Of a DNA stretch of 64,000 nt, positions 39,535-51,186 are shown piece after piece; position 1 is the first letter of the stretch; each line of letters begins with the position of its first letter. The notes under the pieces were generated by a model. The model made no database searches, had not been told where the DNA came from, and saw only the letters and a list, made by a program, of their open reading frames with translations. The DNA lies in contig DXJO01000039.1 in NCBI GenBank assembly GCA_019057475.1, positions 38,640 through 102,639 of the forward strand, written 5' to 3'. This stretch comes from Candidatus Thorarchaeota archaeon (GTDB lineage Archaea; Asgardarchaeota; Thorarchaeia; Thorarchaeales; Thorarchaeaceae). Made by a program: the position numbers and the translations under genes.

Positions 39535-40380
39535 TTACTGGAACTTGCTGAGTAGAATCACTCCTGCAATGCCAGTCAACAGGCCAAATCCGTAGAACGG
39601 CCAGTTCGTCACCAACTGCCCAAAAATCATGATACCGCCGATTACGACCGTAATCATGCTGAATGTCCCCGTAATAGAATTGAATCGGGAAGCAGGATTC
39701 CGCTGTAGTCCTATCGAGATGGCGTACACACCTGTCACAAACATGAAAGAAGCCAATAGGATAAGCGGAACAAGTCCGTTGATTAGACCTTGGATGATAT
39801 CATCCCCAGCAAATAGAGTAAGCGTGAACCACTGGGTGAACGTAGCACCAAGTGCTTGAAGAAACGAGGTAATCATCGCCCATAGAATCGGCATACGATT
39901 AGACACTGCTAGCATTGCTCCAATCGCTAAAAGCATCATTCCACAATACAATAGAAGGCCATCATATGTGGCGAACATAATGGGCTCAGTCACACCCCCA
40001 AGCGCAATGAAGACGGGTGTGAGAATCATCAGGAGAATTCCGATCTTTGCGGGGGTATCAATCTCTTCTCCCAAGCGGCGATTCGCAAGCACTGCAAGTA
40101 CAATCAGTCCCACATTCATGAGCGGCTGGACTGCAATGATACCTGCCATTTGAGTTGCAAGCATATAGGTCACCCCACCAACGAGTGCCAGCAAGAATCC
40201 GGAGAGCCATTTGCGATTGCTAAAGAGAAGCTTGGTGTGTTTCCAAGGCTGTTTTGCATCAATGTCAGGCATCTCCGCAAGCGCCTCCTTTTGAGGGATG
40301 GGAGCAATGTTCCAGAGCAGAGATGTGATGACTGCAAGGATAATTCCGAGCACGCTACTTGTTAGAATAAGCTGCAACAT
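39535..40380 (-). CDS. DMT/EamA-like membrane protein
   Basis: ~9 TMs; AVQPLMNVGL..RRLGE pattern. Confidence 0.7.
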   Translation of the reverse strand: MLQLILTSSVLGIILAVITSLLWNIAPIPQKEALAEMPDIDAKQPWKHTKLLFSNRKWLSGFLLALVGGVTYMLATQMAGIIAVQPLMNVGLIVLAVLANRRLGEEIDTPAKIGILLMILTPVFIALGGVTEPIMFATYDGLLLYCGMMLLAIGAMLAVSNRMPILWAMITSFLQALGATFTQWFTLTLFAGDDIIQGLINGLVPLILLASFMFVTGVYAISIGLQRNPASRFNSITGTFSMITVVIGGIMIFGQLVTNWPFYGFGLLTGIAGVILLSKFQ

Positions 40381-40438
40381 TCCAAGTCAGTTGTAGCCAG
40401 CGTGCCCGCCTAATAAGATGTAACGTGGAGCATTTGTT

Positions 40439-43294
40439 TCAGTTCAAGGGACCATATCGAACATCAGGACCGAACAACGCGGCTCGAAGATGGTTGCCTG
40501 TGTACGACTTAACAGCGTCACACAGGGTTTCGGGTGTTCCCTCGACAACGACTTGACCTCCGGCGTCCCCACCTTCCGGACCCAGGTCGATAACCCAGTC
40601 TGCAGTCTTGACTACCTCTAAGTTGTGTTCTATAACGATGACCGTGTTACCTGCCTCAACAAGTCGGTTGAGCACCCTCAACAGGACGTGGACATCGAAG
40701 GCCGAGAGTCCGGTAGTGGGTTCGTCAAGGATATACAACGTATTCCCAGTTGCCCTTCTGGATAACTCTGACGCTAGCTTCATTCTCTGAGCTTCCCCAC
40801 CTGACAGAGTTGTTGCAGCCTGTCCAAGCTCCAGATATCCAAGGCCTACATCGACAAGTGTTTGCAGCTTGTCGGCTATTTTCGGAATCTCACCAAAGAA
40901 CTGCAAAGCCTCCTCGATTGTCATTGACAAGACCTCGGTTATGTTCTTGTCTTTGTAGGTGACCTCGAGTGTTTCTCTATCGAATCGCTGACCCTTACAC
41001 ACGTCACAAGTCATGTAGACATCAGTCATGAAATGCATCTCGACTCGTAGTACTCCGCTGCCGCGACATTTCTCGCACCGACCCTCACGTGTGTTGAAGC
41101 TGAATCTACTGGCACTGTACCCCCTTCGCTTCGCCTCAGGCATCTTGGAGAACAGGTCTCGCATATACCCGAAAGTCTTGGTGTAGGTTGCAGGATTGCT
41201 TCGAGGGGTCCGACCAATGGGCATCTGGTCCACAAGAACGAGGCGATCGATGTGCTCGACGCCTTCAATGGCGTCGTGTTTCCCAGGGATAGCAGTTGCG
41301 CCATTCATGTCCTTAGCTAAAGCCCTGTAGAGCGTTTCGTGGGTCAGGGTGCTCTTGCCGCTACCTGAAACCCCTGTCACGCAAATCAGCGTCCCAAGAG
41401 GAAAGGCGACATCAATCCCCTTCAGATTGTGTTGTCCAGCACCTCTTACGACAATCTTCTTGCCGCTTCCAATCCTTCTCTCATTAGGAATCGGTATCTG
41501 CCTCTTGCCAGCAAGATACTGAGCAGTTAGTGATTTCGCGTTTGCTAGGACCTGTTCAGGAGACCCCTCAGCCACGACTTCTCCTCCTTGCACACCAGCC
41601 AGTGGTCCAAGGTCGAGAATATAATCGGCTGCTTGTATTGTGTCACGATCATGTTCAATGACAACAACTGTGTTGCCAAGACTGCGGAGGTAGTAGAAGG
41701 TCTCGATGAGTCTGCTTATGTCGCGTGGATGAAGGCCGACAGACGGCTCATCTAGACAGTACAGTACACCTGTGAGCGCGGAGCCTATCTGTGTGGCTAA
41801 TCGGATTCTTTGGCTCTCGCCGCCGGACAATGTCATTGAAGCGCGATCCAGATTAAGATACTCGAGCCCGACTGATACCAAAAACTTCAGCCTGGCGATA
41901 ATTTCCTTCAGAATCAGTTCCGCAATCTTGAGCTCTCGGTCCGTTAGCTGGATATCCTCGAAGAACTTGAGGGCCTGCTCAATGGTCATGGATGTGATTC
42001 GATCAAGAGGTTTACCTCCAACAGTTACAGCCAGACTCTCAGGGCGAAGCTTCCTGCCGCCGCACGATTCACAGGGGACCCTTCTAAAGAGCTCGCTTAC
42101 CATGCGAGCGGTGTAACGTTGACGCCATTGTTTATCGCTGCTTTTATGGGTGTCAAAGTATTTCGCCAGCCAAGGAATTATGCCGCTCCACTTGCGAGTG
42201 ATTTCCCATTTTGATTTCTCGCTCTCTGCAGTGTAGGTAAGCGTGTACTCTGGACGCCCCCACAGGAAAGCCTCTCTTTGAGCTTTTGACAACTCATTCA
42301 TGCACGTATCCAAGTCAAAGGAGAGCATATTTCCCAGAGCCTCAATCCGGAGTCGAAACCATGTACTCGAGCCCACAGCTCTGCGGATGACCTCTTCCAC
42401 TGTCATGCTTTCGTCCGGAACAACGAGGTCAGGATCTACGGATAGTATCACTCCCAGACCATTACACGTAGGGCATGCGCCGTCAGGTCGGTTGAAGGAG
42501 AAAGCCTTTGGACCGAGCTTCTCGTATTGAACCCCACATTGTGGGCACATCAGCTGTTCTGCAAAAACAAGATCATCTTCATCCTCTCTTGATACAATGG
42601 CTGAACCTTCACCAGTTTCAAGTGCTGTTTCTAAGGAGCCAATGAGGCGCTCCCGAACATTCTGGCCAAGTTCGAGGCGATCCACAACCACTTCGATGTC
42701 GTGCTTCTTCCGACCGTCAATCTCTAACTCTTCAATGTCATGTACTTCGCCATCAACTCTGACTCTAGCGAAACCACTTTCAAGCAAGCTTTGCAGAACA
42801 TCTTCGTGCTTCCCTGTTTCACCACGGACTACTGGAGCGAGTATGTGTATCTTCTGTCCTCCGTTCACATCGAGAAGAAGACGTGCAGCAGCTTCCGCTG
42901 TTAGCAGCTCCATTTGCCGTCCGCATTCCACGCAATGTGGAGTCCCGATATTCGCGTACAGAAGTCGAAGGTAATCATGAATTTCTGTGCTTGTGCTAAC
43001 GGTGCTCCGGGGATTCCTCGTCCGTCCCTTCTGTTCGATGGAGATGGCCGGAGGCAATCCAGTGATGCTATCAATTTTGGGCTTGTCGAGTCGTCCAAGG
43101 AAACGCCTTGCATATGACGATAGTGACTCTACATACCTTCTCTGACCTTCCGCAAATATCGTGTCGAAGACCAATGTCGACTTGCCTGAGCCAGAGGGAC
43201 CCGTTACCACCACAAGCCTGTCGCGGGGGATATCTACGTCAATCCGCTTGAGGTTATGCTCCTCGGCCTTGCGCACCTTGATGTAGCCTGTCAC
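40439..43294 (-). CDS. uvrA: Excinuclease ABC subunit A (second copy)
   Basis: Two ABC ATPase modules ([20 protein letters not shown]; [23 protein letters not shown]), Zn fingers, [11 protein letters not shown]. Confidence 0.95.
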   Translation of the reverse strand: MTGYIKVRKAEEHNLKRIDVDIPRDRLVVVTGPSGSGKSTLVFDTIFAEGQRRYVESLSSYARRFLGRLDKPKIDSITGLPPAISIEQKGRTRNPRSTVSTSTEIHDYLRLLYANIGTPHCVECGRQMELLTAEAAARLLLDVNGGQKIHILAPVVRGETGKHEDVLQSLLESGFARVRVDGEVHDIEELEIDGRKKHDIEVVVDRLELGQNVRERLIGSLETALETGEGSAIVSREDEDDLVFAEQLMCPQCGVQYEKLGPKAFSFNRPDGACPTCNGLGVILSVDPDLVVPDESMTVEEVIRRAVGSSTWFRLRIEALGNMLSFDLDTCMNELSKAQREAFLWGRPEYTLTYTAESEKSKWEITRKWSGIIPWLAKYFDTHKSSDKQWRQRYTARMVSELFRRVPCESCGGRKLRPESLAVTVGGKPLDRITSMTIEQALKFFEDIQLTDRELKIAELILKEIIARLKFLVSVGLEYLNLDRASMTLSGGESQRIRLATQIGSALTGVLYCLDEPSVGLHPRDISRLIETFYYLRSLGNTVVVIEHDRDTIQAADYILDLGPLAGVQGGEVVAEGSPEQVLANAKSLTAQYLAGKRQIPIPNERRIGSGKKIVVRGAGQHNLKGIDVAFPLGTLICVTGVSGSGKSTLTHETLYRALAKDMNGATAIPGKHDAIEGVEHIDRLVLVDQMPIGRTPRSNPATYTKTFGYMRDLFSKMPEAKRRGYSASRFSFNTREGRCEKCRGSGVLRVEMHFMTDVYMTCDVCKGQRFDRETLEVTYKDKNITEVLSMTIEEALQFFGEIPKIADKLQTLVDVGLGYLELGQAATTLSGGEAQRMKLASELSRRATGNTLYILDEPTTGLSAFDVHVLLRVLNRLVEAGNTVIVIEHNLEVVKTADWVIDLGPEGGDAGGQVVVEGTPETLCDAVKSYTGNHLRAALFGPDVRYGPLN

Positions 43295-46197
43295 TTCCGT
43301 GACCTCCCATTCGTTTTCGACTTAGCAGGCTTTAGTAACGCTTTGAGATACTGCCCAGTGTAGGACTCATTACAGGCCACTATCTCCTCGGGAGCTCCTT
43401 CTGCAACAAGATGGCCGCCCTCGTTTCCGCCTTCGGGACCCAAGTCAATGACCCAATCCGCAGTCTTGACAACATCAAGTTGATGCTCGATTATGAGTAC
43501 AGTGTTACCGAGGTCCACAAGTCGATGGAGAACCTCGAGTAGTTTTTTGATGTCTGCAAAGTGTAATCCCGTCGTGGGTTCATCTAACATTATCAGTGTT
43601 TGACCTGTTGCTGGTCTGGATAGGAACTTGCTGAGCTTGATCCTCTGAGCTTCGCCGCCACTCAAGGTTGTAGCAGGTTGTCCGAGCTTTACATACCCCA
43701 TTCCGACTTCGCATAATGTCCCCAAACGCCTCCTGATTGAGGGCACACTTTCAAAGAAGTCCAACGCCTCATCTATTCGCATGTCAAGGATGTCAGCAAT
43801 ATTCTTACCCTTGAAGCGCACTTGCAGGGTTTCACGGTTGTAGCGTCGTCCCTTGCATTCAGTACATGTGACTTGGACCGGCGGCAAGAACTGCATCTCA
43901 ATGATCTCAACGCCAGCCCCCTTACACTTGGCACAGCGTCCGCCCTTGACATTGAAGCTGTACCTACCAGGCCGATAACCTCGAATCTTTGACTCAGGCA
44001 GACTTGCGAAGAGATCTCGAAGTGGCGCCCAAAGGCCAACGTACGTAGCTGGGTTTGAGCGTGGCGTTCGTCCGATGGGACTCTGATTGATGACTATCAC
44101 CTTGTCAAGCTGCTTCGCACCAACAATCTCGTCGTGTTTGCCGGGGACGCTCTCCGCATGATGGAACCTTCGCGCCAGCTCCCTTTGTAACGTTTCGACG
44201 ATCAGGCTTGACTTGCCGCTGCCTGAAACTCCCGTGATGGCTATGAACAGTCCAAGAGGTATCTTGACATCTATGTTCTTCAAGTTGTGATGGCGTGCAC
44301 CCTTTATCTCAATGAATCGACCGTTCGGTAATCTTCGAGATTCTGGCAAAGGTATGTTGACTTCCCCCCGGAGATATTGCGCCGTGATGGACTTCTTCGA
44401 TTTCAGCACTGCTTCAAGAGGTCCCGCCACCACTACTTCACCTCCCTCAGCCCCCGCTCCTGGGCCCATGTCGACAATATAGTCAGCCCATCTCATCGTT
44501 TCTTCATCGTGCTCGACGACTAGCACAGTGTTTCCTAGGTCTCGAAGACTCATCAGCGACCGCAATAGCCGCAGGTTATCCCGTGCGTGTAGTCCTATGG
44601 AGGGTTCGTCACAGACGTAGGTTACACCGACTAGATTAGAGCCGATTTGACTTGCAAGCCTGATTCGTTGAGCTTCACCCCCAGCGAGCGTCGGCGCAGT
44701 CCTATCAAGAGTCAGATACTCAAGTCCAACTTCCTCAAGAAATCCAATTCTACCCATTATCTCTTTCAAAATGGGGAAGGCTACTGGCTCGAATCTGGGC
44801 TCGACCTTGGCACCCCGAACGAACTGACTCAAGTGCTTAATGGACATCGTGTCAAGGTCGGTGATTGACTTCTCGTTGAAGGTCACAGCCCGTGACACAG
44901 GTTTCAATCGGTCGCCATTGCAGATGGAGCAAACCTTCTCAGACATGAGCTTCTCCAACTCTTTCCGGCGCCACTCTGATTTTGTCTGGCGATACGTTCG
45001 AATCGCACGTTGCACGAAGCCCTCGAACGGTCTCTTGAAGGTGCCCTCCCATCTAACATCGGCGTTAGGGTTGTCACCAATCCACACGTGCTCAAACTCC
45101 CTATCTCCTGACCCCCATAGCAGAATTTGCTTCTGGTCCTCAGTTAGATCCTTCCAAGGAGTGTCTCGGTCGAACCCATACGCATTCTCAATGTTTTTGA
45201 ATGACTTTCTTTTAAACACCCATTTGTCAATCTTAATCGCTCCCTCTCTGAGAGTCAGCTCGGGATCTGTGATGAATCGGTCAGGGTCGAACTCCCTCAC
45301 CACGCCAAGCCCAGTGCAATGGGAGCAGGCACCCTGAGGTGTGTTCCAGGAGAAGATTCGGGGCTCCATCTCAGGAAGACTGATTCCGCATTCCACACAA
45401 GCGAACTGCTCTGATAGGGTCAGGTCTCCTTCCTTTATTGCAATCTTAACAACGCCATCAGCCATGTTGAGAGAAGTTTCCACAGCCTCAGAGATTCTGT
45501 CTCGCTCTTTCGCCGAGACCTTGAGTCGATCTATGACAACTTCTATGGTGTGTTCGTAGTAGCGATCTAGGGAAAGTCCATCTTCAATGTCTATGACTTC
45601 ACCATCAACACGAGCTCTGATGAACCCTTTTTGGAGAAGCTCTCGAAACTCCTTCCGATACTCTCCCTTGCGGCCCCTAACAATGGGAGCCATGATCATT
45701 ACTCTTGTTCCGTCATCGAGATCCAGTACGCGGTCCACAATTTGTTGTGAGGTCTGAGGCTCAATCCTCTTGCCACACTCAGGGCAATGCGGTATCCCCA
45801 CGCGAGCATATAGCAAACGGAGGAAGTCATAGATCTCGGTTATGGTTCCTACAGTGCTCCGGGGATTGCGCCCCACGCTCTTCTGGTCAATTGAGATGGA
45901 TGGCGAGAGACCTGACATGTAATCTACCTTAGGTTTCTCAAGCATGCCCAGGAATTGACGCGCATAGGGGGAGAGGGATTCTATGAAGCGTCTCTGCCCT
46001 TCAGCGAAAATCGTGTCAAAAACAAGACTTGACTTGCCGCTGCCAGAAACCCCAGTCACAACCGTTAGCTTGTTCTTGGGAATCTCTACATTGATATGAC
46101 GAAGGTTGTGCTCCGAGGCTCCAATGACGACTATCGACTTGGGAGTATCGAAGTCAGGAGTGTGACTCCTCTTCATTGGAATCCCCGCTGTCTTCAC
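43291..46197 (-). CDS. uvrA: Excinuclease ABC subunit A (first copy)
   Basis: GVSGSGKSS twice, EGQRR, RGRKGEY UvrB-binding region, [27 protein letters not shown]. Confidence 0.96.
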   Translation of the reverse strand: MKTAGIPMKRSHTPDFDTPKSIVVIGASEHNLRHINVEIPKNKLTVVTGVSGSGKSSLVFDTIFAEGQRRFIESLSPYARQFLGMLEKPKVDYMSGLSPSISIDQKSVGRNPRSTVGTITEIYDFLRLLYARVGIPHCPECGKRIEPQTSQQIVDRVLDLDDGTRVMIMAPIVRGRKGEYRKEFRELLQKGFIRARVDGEVIDIEDGLSLDRYYEHTIEVVIDRLKVSAKERDRISEAVETSLNMADGVVKIAIKEGDLTLSEQFACVECGISLPEMEPRIFSWNTPQGACSHCTGLGVVREFDPDRFITDPELTLREGAIKIDKWVFKRKSFKNIENAYGFDRDTPWKDLTEDQKQILLWGSGDREFEHVWIGDNPNADVRWEGTFKRPFEGFVQRAIRTYRQTKSEWRRKELEKLMSEKVCSICNGDRLKPVSRAVTFNEKSITDLDTMSIKHLSQFVRGAKVEPRFEPVAFPILKEIMGRIGFLEEVGLEYLTLDRTAPTLAGGEAQRIRLASQIGSNLVGVTYVCDEPSIGLHARDNLRLLRSLMSLRDLGNTVLVVEHDEETMRWADYIVDMGPGAGAEGGEVVVAGPLEAVLKSKKSITAQYLRGEVNIPLPESRRLPNGRFIEIKGARHHNLKNIDVKIPLGLFIAITGVSGSGKSSLIVETLQRELARRFHHAESVPGKHDEIVGAKQLDKVIVINQSPIGRTPRSNPATYVGLWAPLRDLFASLPESKIRGYRPGRYSFNVKGGRCAKCKGAGVEIIEMQFLPPVQVTCTECKGRRYNRETLQVRFKGKNIADILDMRIDEALDFFESVPSIRRRLGTLCEVGMGYVKLGQPATTLSGGEAQRIKLSKFLSRPATGQTLIMLDEPTTGLHFADIKKLLEVLHRLVDLGNTVLIIEHQLDVVKTADWVIDLGPEGGNEGGHLVAEGAPEEIVACNESYTGQYLKALLKPAKSKTNGRSRK

Positions 46198-48179
46198 TTC
46201 GGATTACCCTCGACTTTCTTTCTGAGTTTGACAATCTCATCGCGGAGCTTGGCGGCTTTCTCAAACTCCAGGTTCCTAGCCGCCTCTTTCATCTGCTCTT
46301 CCAGTTCAACAATGAACTCCATAATCTCAGCCATCTCAAGCGGGTCGAAATCCATGAGTTCAGTCTGCACATCCTGGCCCTTTGTCTTGATGCCCAGCGC
46401 GATATCTTGGATTGACTTACGAATGGATGTGGGAACAATACCCTGTTCCTCATTATACTTTATCTGATAGTTTCTCCTTCTGTTCGTTTCATCTATGGCG
46501 CTCTGCATGGCACCTGATACATGGTCACCGAAGAGTATGACACGGCCGTTTTCATTCCGCGAAGCGCGACCCATGGTCTGGATGAGAGCCCAGTCAGTCC
46601 TGAGAAAGCCCGCCTTGTCGGCGTCAAGAATTGCAACTAACGCGACCTCGGGGAGGTCCAAACCCTCTCGCAGGAGGTTGATGCCGACCAAGACATCAAA
46701 CTTGCCTTGTCTCAGCTGCCGTATAATCTCGATTCGTTCCACCGTCCCGATGTCAGAGTGGAGATATCGCGCTTTGACTCCAGATTCAATAAGATACTCG
46801 GCGAGCATCTCGGATGTCTTCTTGGTCAGAGTTGTAACCAGTACTCTGTCACCCTCCTGGACAGTCTTCCTGATCTCATCCAGCAAGTAATCAATCTGGT
46901 TGACAACAGGCTTGACCGTTATCTCAGGGTCCAGCAAACCAGTGGGTCGAAGAAGTTGTTCCACAATCTGACTGCTGACTTGTTTCTCATAAGGTCCAGG
47001 AGTTGCGGTCGTGTAGACGACATGTTTCATGTAACTCTCAAACTCATCAAGCTTTAGAGGTCGATTATCAAACGCTGAAGGCAATCTGAAACCGTACTCC
47101 ACGAGATTTCGCTTACGCGCCTGGTCGCCATTATACATCCCGCGAATCTGGGGCAAGGTCATGTGGCTCTCGTCAATGATAATTAGGAAGTCATCGGGGA
47201 AGTAGTCCATCAGAGTGTACGGGTGCTCCCCCTTCTTCCTCTTCTCTATGTATCTGGAGTAGTTCTCGACACCAGAGCAGAAGCCGGTTTCTCTCAGCAT
47301 CTCAAGGTCATAGAGCGTGCGACGCTTGAGCCGGTCAGCTTCAACGAGCTTCCCTTGCTTCTTAAACCATTCAACTCGTTCATGCATCTCCTGCTCGATG
47401 GGTTCAAGGGCTTCCAGCACATTCTCGACTCGTGCTACATGATGCCGCGCTGGGAATATGTCTACCCATGTTTCGTCATAGATTCTGCGAGATGTGAGCG
47501 GCTCCAAGAAAGAGATCCTGTTAACACGGTCACCGTCCAGCTCAACTCGAACGCTGGTTCTAGAGTATGCAGGATGAATGTCAATCACATCACCCCGAAC
47601 ACGGAAGATGCCTGGCTTAACCTCCATGTCATTTCGCTCGTACTGCATCGAGACCAGCTTCTCCAGCAGGGCGCGTCGCTTGATTTCCTGGCCCACCTGG
47701 AGCAAGATAGACAGTCGTTCGTACTCCTTCGGATCCCCGATGCCGTAGATGCATGACACTGAAGCTACTACTATTACATCATCTCTCGACCTGAGCGAGT
47801 GAGTGGCTGAATGACGTAAGCGCTCGATCTCAGAGTTGATGTCAACCTCCTTCTCGATGTACATATCCTTGTGGGGGACATACGCCTCTGGTTGGTAGTA
47901 ATCATAATAGGAAACGTAGTAGCCCACTGCCGCGTCCGGAAAGAACTGCCTGTACTCCGAGGTGAGTTGCGCAGCGAGTGTCTTGTTATGGGATATAACA
48001 AGCGTGGGCCTGCTGTAGGCTTCAATCACATTGGCCATTGTGAATGTCTTGCCCGAGCCAGTGACTCCTAGCAAGGTCTGATGCTGAAGTCCGTCATTAA
48101 GACCGTCCACTAGTTTCTCTATCGCCTGTGGTTGGTCTCCTGTAGGTTTGAACGGAGCTTCTAGCTTGAAGGATGACAT
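46194..48179 (-). CDS. uvrB: Excinuclease ABC subunit B
   Basis: GVTGSGKT, YYDYYQPEAY, DESH, GINLLREGLDLPEV, C-terminal UVR domain. Confidence 0.98.
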   Translation of the reverse strand: MSSFKLEAPFKPTGDQPQAIEKLVDGLNDGLQHQTLLGVTGSGKTFTMANVIEAYSRPTLVISHNKTLAAQLTSEYRQFFPDAAVGYYVSYYDYYQPEAYVPHKDMYIEKEVDINSEIERLRHSATHSLRSRDDVIVVASVSCIYGIGDPKEYERLSILLQVGQEIKRRALLEKLVSMQYERNDMEVKPGIFRVRGDVIDIHPAYSRTSVRVELDGDRVNRISFLEPLTSRRIYDETWVDIFPARHHVARVENVLEALEPIEQEMHERVEWFKKQGKLVEADRLKRRTLYDLEMLRETGFCSGVENYSRYIEKRKKGEHPYTLMDYFPDDFLIIIDESHMTLPQIRGMYNGDQARKRNLVEYGFRLPSAFDNRPLKLDEFESYMKHVVYTTATPGPYEKQVSSQIVEQLLRPTGLLDPEITVKPVVNQIDYLLDEIRKTVQEGDRVLVTTLTKKTSEMLAEYLIESGVKARYLHSDIGTVERIEIIRQLRQGKFDVLVGINLLREGLDLPEVALVAILDADKAGFLRTDWALIQTMGRASRNENGRVILFGDHVSGAMQSAIDETNRRRNYQIKYNEEQGIVPTSIRKSIQDIALGIKTKGQDVQTELMDFDPLEMAEIMEFIVELEEQMKEAARNLEFEKAAKLRDEIVKLRKKVEGNPK

Positions 48180-48361
48180 CTGTTGGACCTCTCTCTCCGG
48201 CTCAGTTCCCTGCTGAACCTAAGTAACTCTTGCGGTACCTGCCGAGCCTCGATGCGATTCAACAAAACACACATACTAGTGGAAGTTACTGCAATGATTA
48301 TTCCATTTGACAGAACATCTGCTACCCGGAGAGGTGTTCGGAAGTATCAGGAGGATAAATG

Positions 48362-48401
48362 AATCCAAAGCTCGGTCAGACCGAGCTGTTTCCTTTGGAT
48401 T
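48362..48401. promoter_or_regulatory. Nested inverted repeat upstream of uvrB
   Basis: GCTCGGTC-A-GACCGAGC palindrome flanked by AATCCAAAG/CTTTGGATT. Confidence 0.35.
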
Positions 48402-48765
48402 GATATGAGAATGCGGACTTTGACCTACAAGATCGTGGACAAGTTCACTATTCCGGTCAAGTATCCAGAGGAGCTAATGATTGACCTGTTCGCTGAAAGG
48501 ATTGTGAGCGGGGAATGGTAGAGGCAAGCAGCAATCAGTGGGTGGCAGGGTCCAACAGAGGTTCGTGGTAGGAGGGGGGAGTTTCGTAATTGAGGGCATG
48601 TACGAAAAACTAGCCTCTGTCTGAACCCTTACCACCGCATATTCATACTCAGTTATGGCCTATAAGTACTCGTCTTGTGTACCGTCGTGTTAATCAATAG
48701 ATAGCCGAGTCTAGAACGGTTCATATCAGTTATTCACTTAGCACTGTCTTATGGGAACGTAGATA

Positions 48766-49815
48766 ATGCAGTACTCATGTCAGACAGATATGGAGCTCAT
48801 CGATGCAATTAAAGCACTTCCCAAGGCAGAGCATCATGTGCATCTGTTGGGTTCAATCAAACCAGCGACTCTGATGAAAGCAATCACCGAAACAGGTGTA
48901 GACACACCCTACGATTCAATTGAAGATATCGAGAGGGCTTTTGAGTTCCAGAATTTCGCCCAGTTCATATCTGTCTACAAACAGATTATCGGCTTAGTTA
49001 CTGAGGAGAGATATTTCGAACCAATGACCTACGAACTCCTTGAGAGCAGTAAGGAATGCAATGTAAAATATGTAGAGATGAGTTTCTCAGCCCCAGACCA
49101 TACTCTGCAAGGTCTCGACTTTGAGTTGATGATGAAGGCTATTGAGAGGGGCATTAGGAGAGGCCAATCGGATTTCGGTGTCAAAGCCGACATCAGGATA
49201 GATATCGTACGTAATTACGGACTGGAAAGTGCAATGGAATCATTGGATATGATAGAGAATAGACCCGAAGGAATTGTATCCATAGACATTGGAGGTTCTG
49301 AGAAAGAGTATTCACCCAAACCATATGCTGAGGTGTATAACAGAGCAAGAGAGATGGGACTGCATACGGTTGCTCATGCGGGAGAAGCAGCAGGGCCGCA
49401 GTCTATCTGGGATGCAGTTACGTATCTAGGAGCTGAGAGGATTGGGCATGGTATCTCTGCTATTCAGGATGATAAATTGATGAGGCACCTCCAAGAAAAA
49501 AGCATAACACTTGAAGTATGCCCAGTAAGCAATGTTCGAACAAAAGTGGTGAATTCACTGAGAGAGCATCCCATACGAACATTCTTTGATAGGGGGATGC
49601 CATTGACAGTAAACAGTGACGATCCCACTTTCTTTGGAACTGACATGAACAACGAGTATGAGCAGCTTCATGAAATTCTTGGATTCACGATACAAGAGTT
49701 GTTCCAAATCTCGCTTAATGCAGTGGAGTCTTCATTCGTTGATATTGAAACCAAACAACAGATGCGTAGAGAGTTCCATAACGATTACAGCAGGATCATT
49801 GACTCAATTGAATAA
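48766..49815 (+). CDS. add: Adenosine/adenine deaminase
   Basis: PKAEHHVHL, AHAGEAAG, RIGHG, EVCPVSN, NSDDP. Confidence 0.93.
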   Translation: MQYSCQTDMELIDAIKALPKAEHHVHLLGSIKPATLMKAITETGVDTPYDSIEDIERAFEFQNFAQFISVYKQIIGLVTEERYFEPMTYELLESSKECNVKYVEMSFSAPDHTLQGLDFELMMKAIERGIRRGQSDFGVKADIRIDIVRNYGLESAMESLDMIENRPEGIVSIDIGGSEKEYSPKPYAEVYNRAREMGLHTVAHAGEAAGPQSIWDAVTYLGAERIGHGISAIQDDKLMRHLQEKSITLEVCPVSNVRTKVVNSLREHPIRTFFDRGMPLTVNSDDPTFFGTDMNNEYEQLHEILGFTIQELFQISLNAVESSFVDIETKQQMRREFHNDYSRIIDSIE

Positions 49816-49888
49816 GCATACCTCATCATTAGCTTAGTCTAGGTCCACCAGAACCCCCTTCAAGGGGCAATGTCTGCCCTTTAATTCA

Positions 49889-51118
49889 TTAGAGCCATTC
49901 AAACGCTTTCTTCCACGTCACGCTTGAGCAGGAGTAGGGGTTGAGATAGATTGTCCTGAAGAACTCTCCAAGTACATCCTTCTTCACTGCCTTCGTAAAT
50001 GTGGGTAAAACGAAGTCAATACGGCCAAATAGGTACGTGAATATGTAGGGCGCCCACAAGTTCGGTTTGCCATTCTTGCTAGTGGGACCAATGAAACCCA
50101 TAACCGATTGTGCCTTCGCCCTCTCTCTGAACCCGTACTCCATCATGTACTCTACTGTTTCTTCAACAGCCTTGTCCTCCCGATTGAGCATGATTGCGGC
50201 ATTAATCGTGACCATGCTTCCAAGCATGGCTATTGACCTATGGGCATGAAGCTCACTGTTCACAACGATCTTGTCGAGAAACTCACGGGCCGTATCAGCC
50301 GTTCCCTCAGAAATCACAGAGCGCCCAGTATGAGTTGGTATGATTGCAAGGTCGGTGAAGCCTCTCTCAAGGTACGCCTTCTCACGCCACATATTCGATA
50401 CATGATGCTCGTATTCATGGTAGGTGAGGAACAGAAGTGAACGCTGACTCATTTGTCTGTCCGTATTGATGGCGTTCACCGACTTGAAACCACCCAAATA
50501 GTAGTTATACCCGCCCCAAGGCATGTTTGTGACAGCCCTACAGTCCACGCCTTTGTCAGTCACGTCTGTTCCCATGAGTGAGAAGATGTTCTCCCTAAAC
50601 ATCTGACCAACCTCCACCACAAGGTCCTGAAGGTCCCCTTCAACCACCTGCTTCAGTTCGTCGCCCTTGATCTCACCAAGTTGTTGGTATCGAATGATGC
50701 GATCTCGCAGATCATCGCCAGGATAATCAGCGAATGCCTCGTCAGCCACAGCCATTGCTTTCGTGATGTCGGATGAAGAGAACCCCCCTGCTGAAACATG
50801 GAACAACCCCTCAACCAAATCGGCATAGGAAATGCTCTCTCCTGCAAGCCAGCGCACAAGAATCTGCAGCGACTCTATCTCGCCCACCAAGAACAGGGAT
50901 CTGAGCTCGGAATCAACCTCATCACGTATCAGGTCTGCCAGTGACTCCATCTCATTGACTAGGGCTACTGGGCCTTTGTCAGACTGCTGGTTCTTTGGGG
51001 CGAGCTCGTCGGGTCCGAAGTAGGCGTCCACGATGCTAATCCCTGTCAGGCTCTCAGTGAAATGCCCAACCTCCCCACACAGTCGAACGTACCGCTCTAT
51101 CGCATCCATCGGTAACAT
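49889..51118 (-). CDS. Putative gluzincin metallopeptidase (DUF885-like)
   Basis: WGGYNYYLG, HEYEHH (HExxH) and downstream SEGTA. Confidence 0.65.
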   Translation of the reverse strand: MLPMDAIERYVRLCGEVGHFTESLTGISIVDAYFGPDELAPKNQQSDKGPVALVNEMESLADLIRDEVDSELRSLFLVGEIESLQILVRWLAGESISYADLVEGLFHVSAGGFSSSDITKAMAVADEAFADYPGDDLRDRIIRYQQLGEIKGDELKQVVEGDLQDLVVEVGQMFRENIFSLMGTDVTDKGVDCRAVTNMPWGGYNYYLGGFKSVNAINTDRQMSQRSLLFLTYHEYEHHVSNMWREKAYLERGFTDLAIIPTHTGRSVISEGTADTAREFLDKIVVNSELHAHRSIAMLGSMVTINAAIMLNREDKAVEETVEYMMEYGFRERAKAQSVMGFIGPTSKNGKPNLWAPYIFTYLFGRIDFVLPTFTKAVKKDVLGEFFRTIYLNPYSCSSVTWKKAFEWL

Positions 51119-51186
51119 CCGGCATGTGCAGGCAACTTACTATTGAGTCTGCTGGCTCGGTAGCAACTCAATCCCGCCAACGTATT

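Noticed and set aside
39535-40380. DMT transporter as a functional part of NER
   Set aside because: It has its own TATA-like box upstream and nothing beyond position links it to repair
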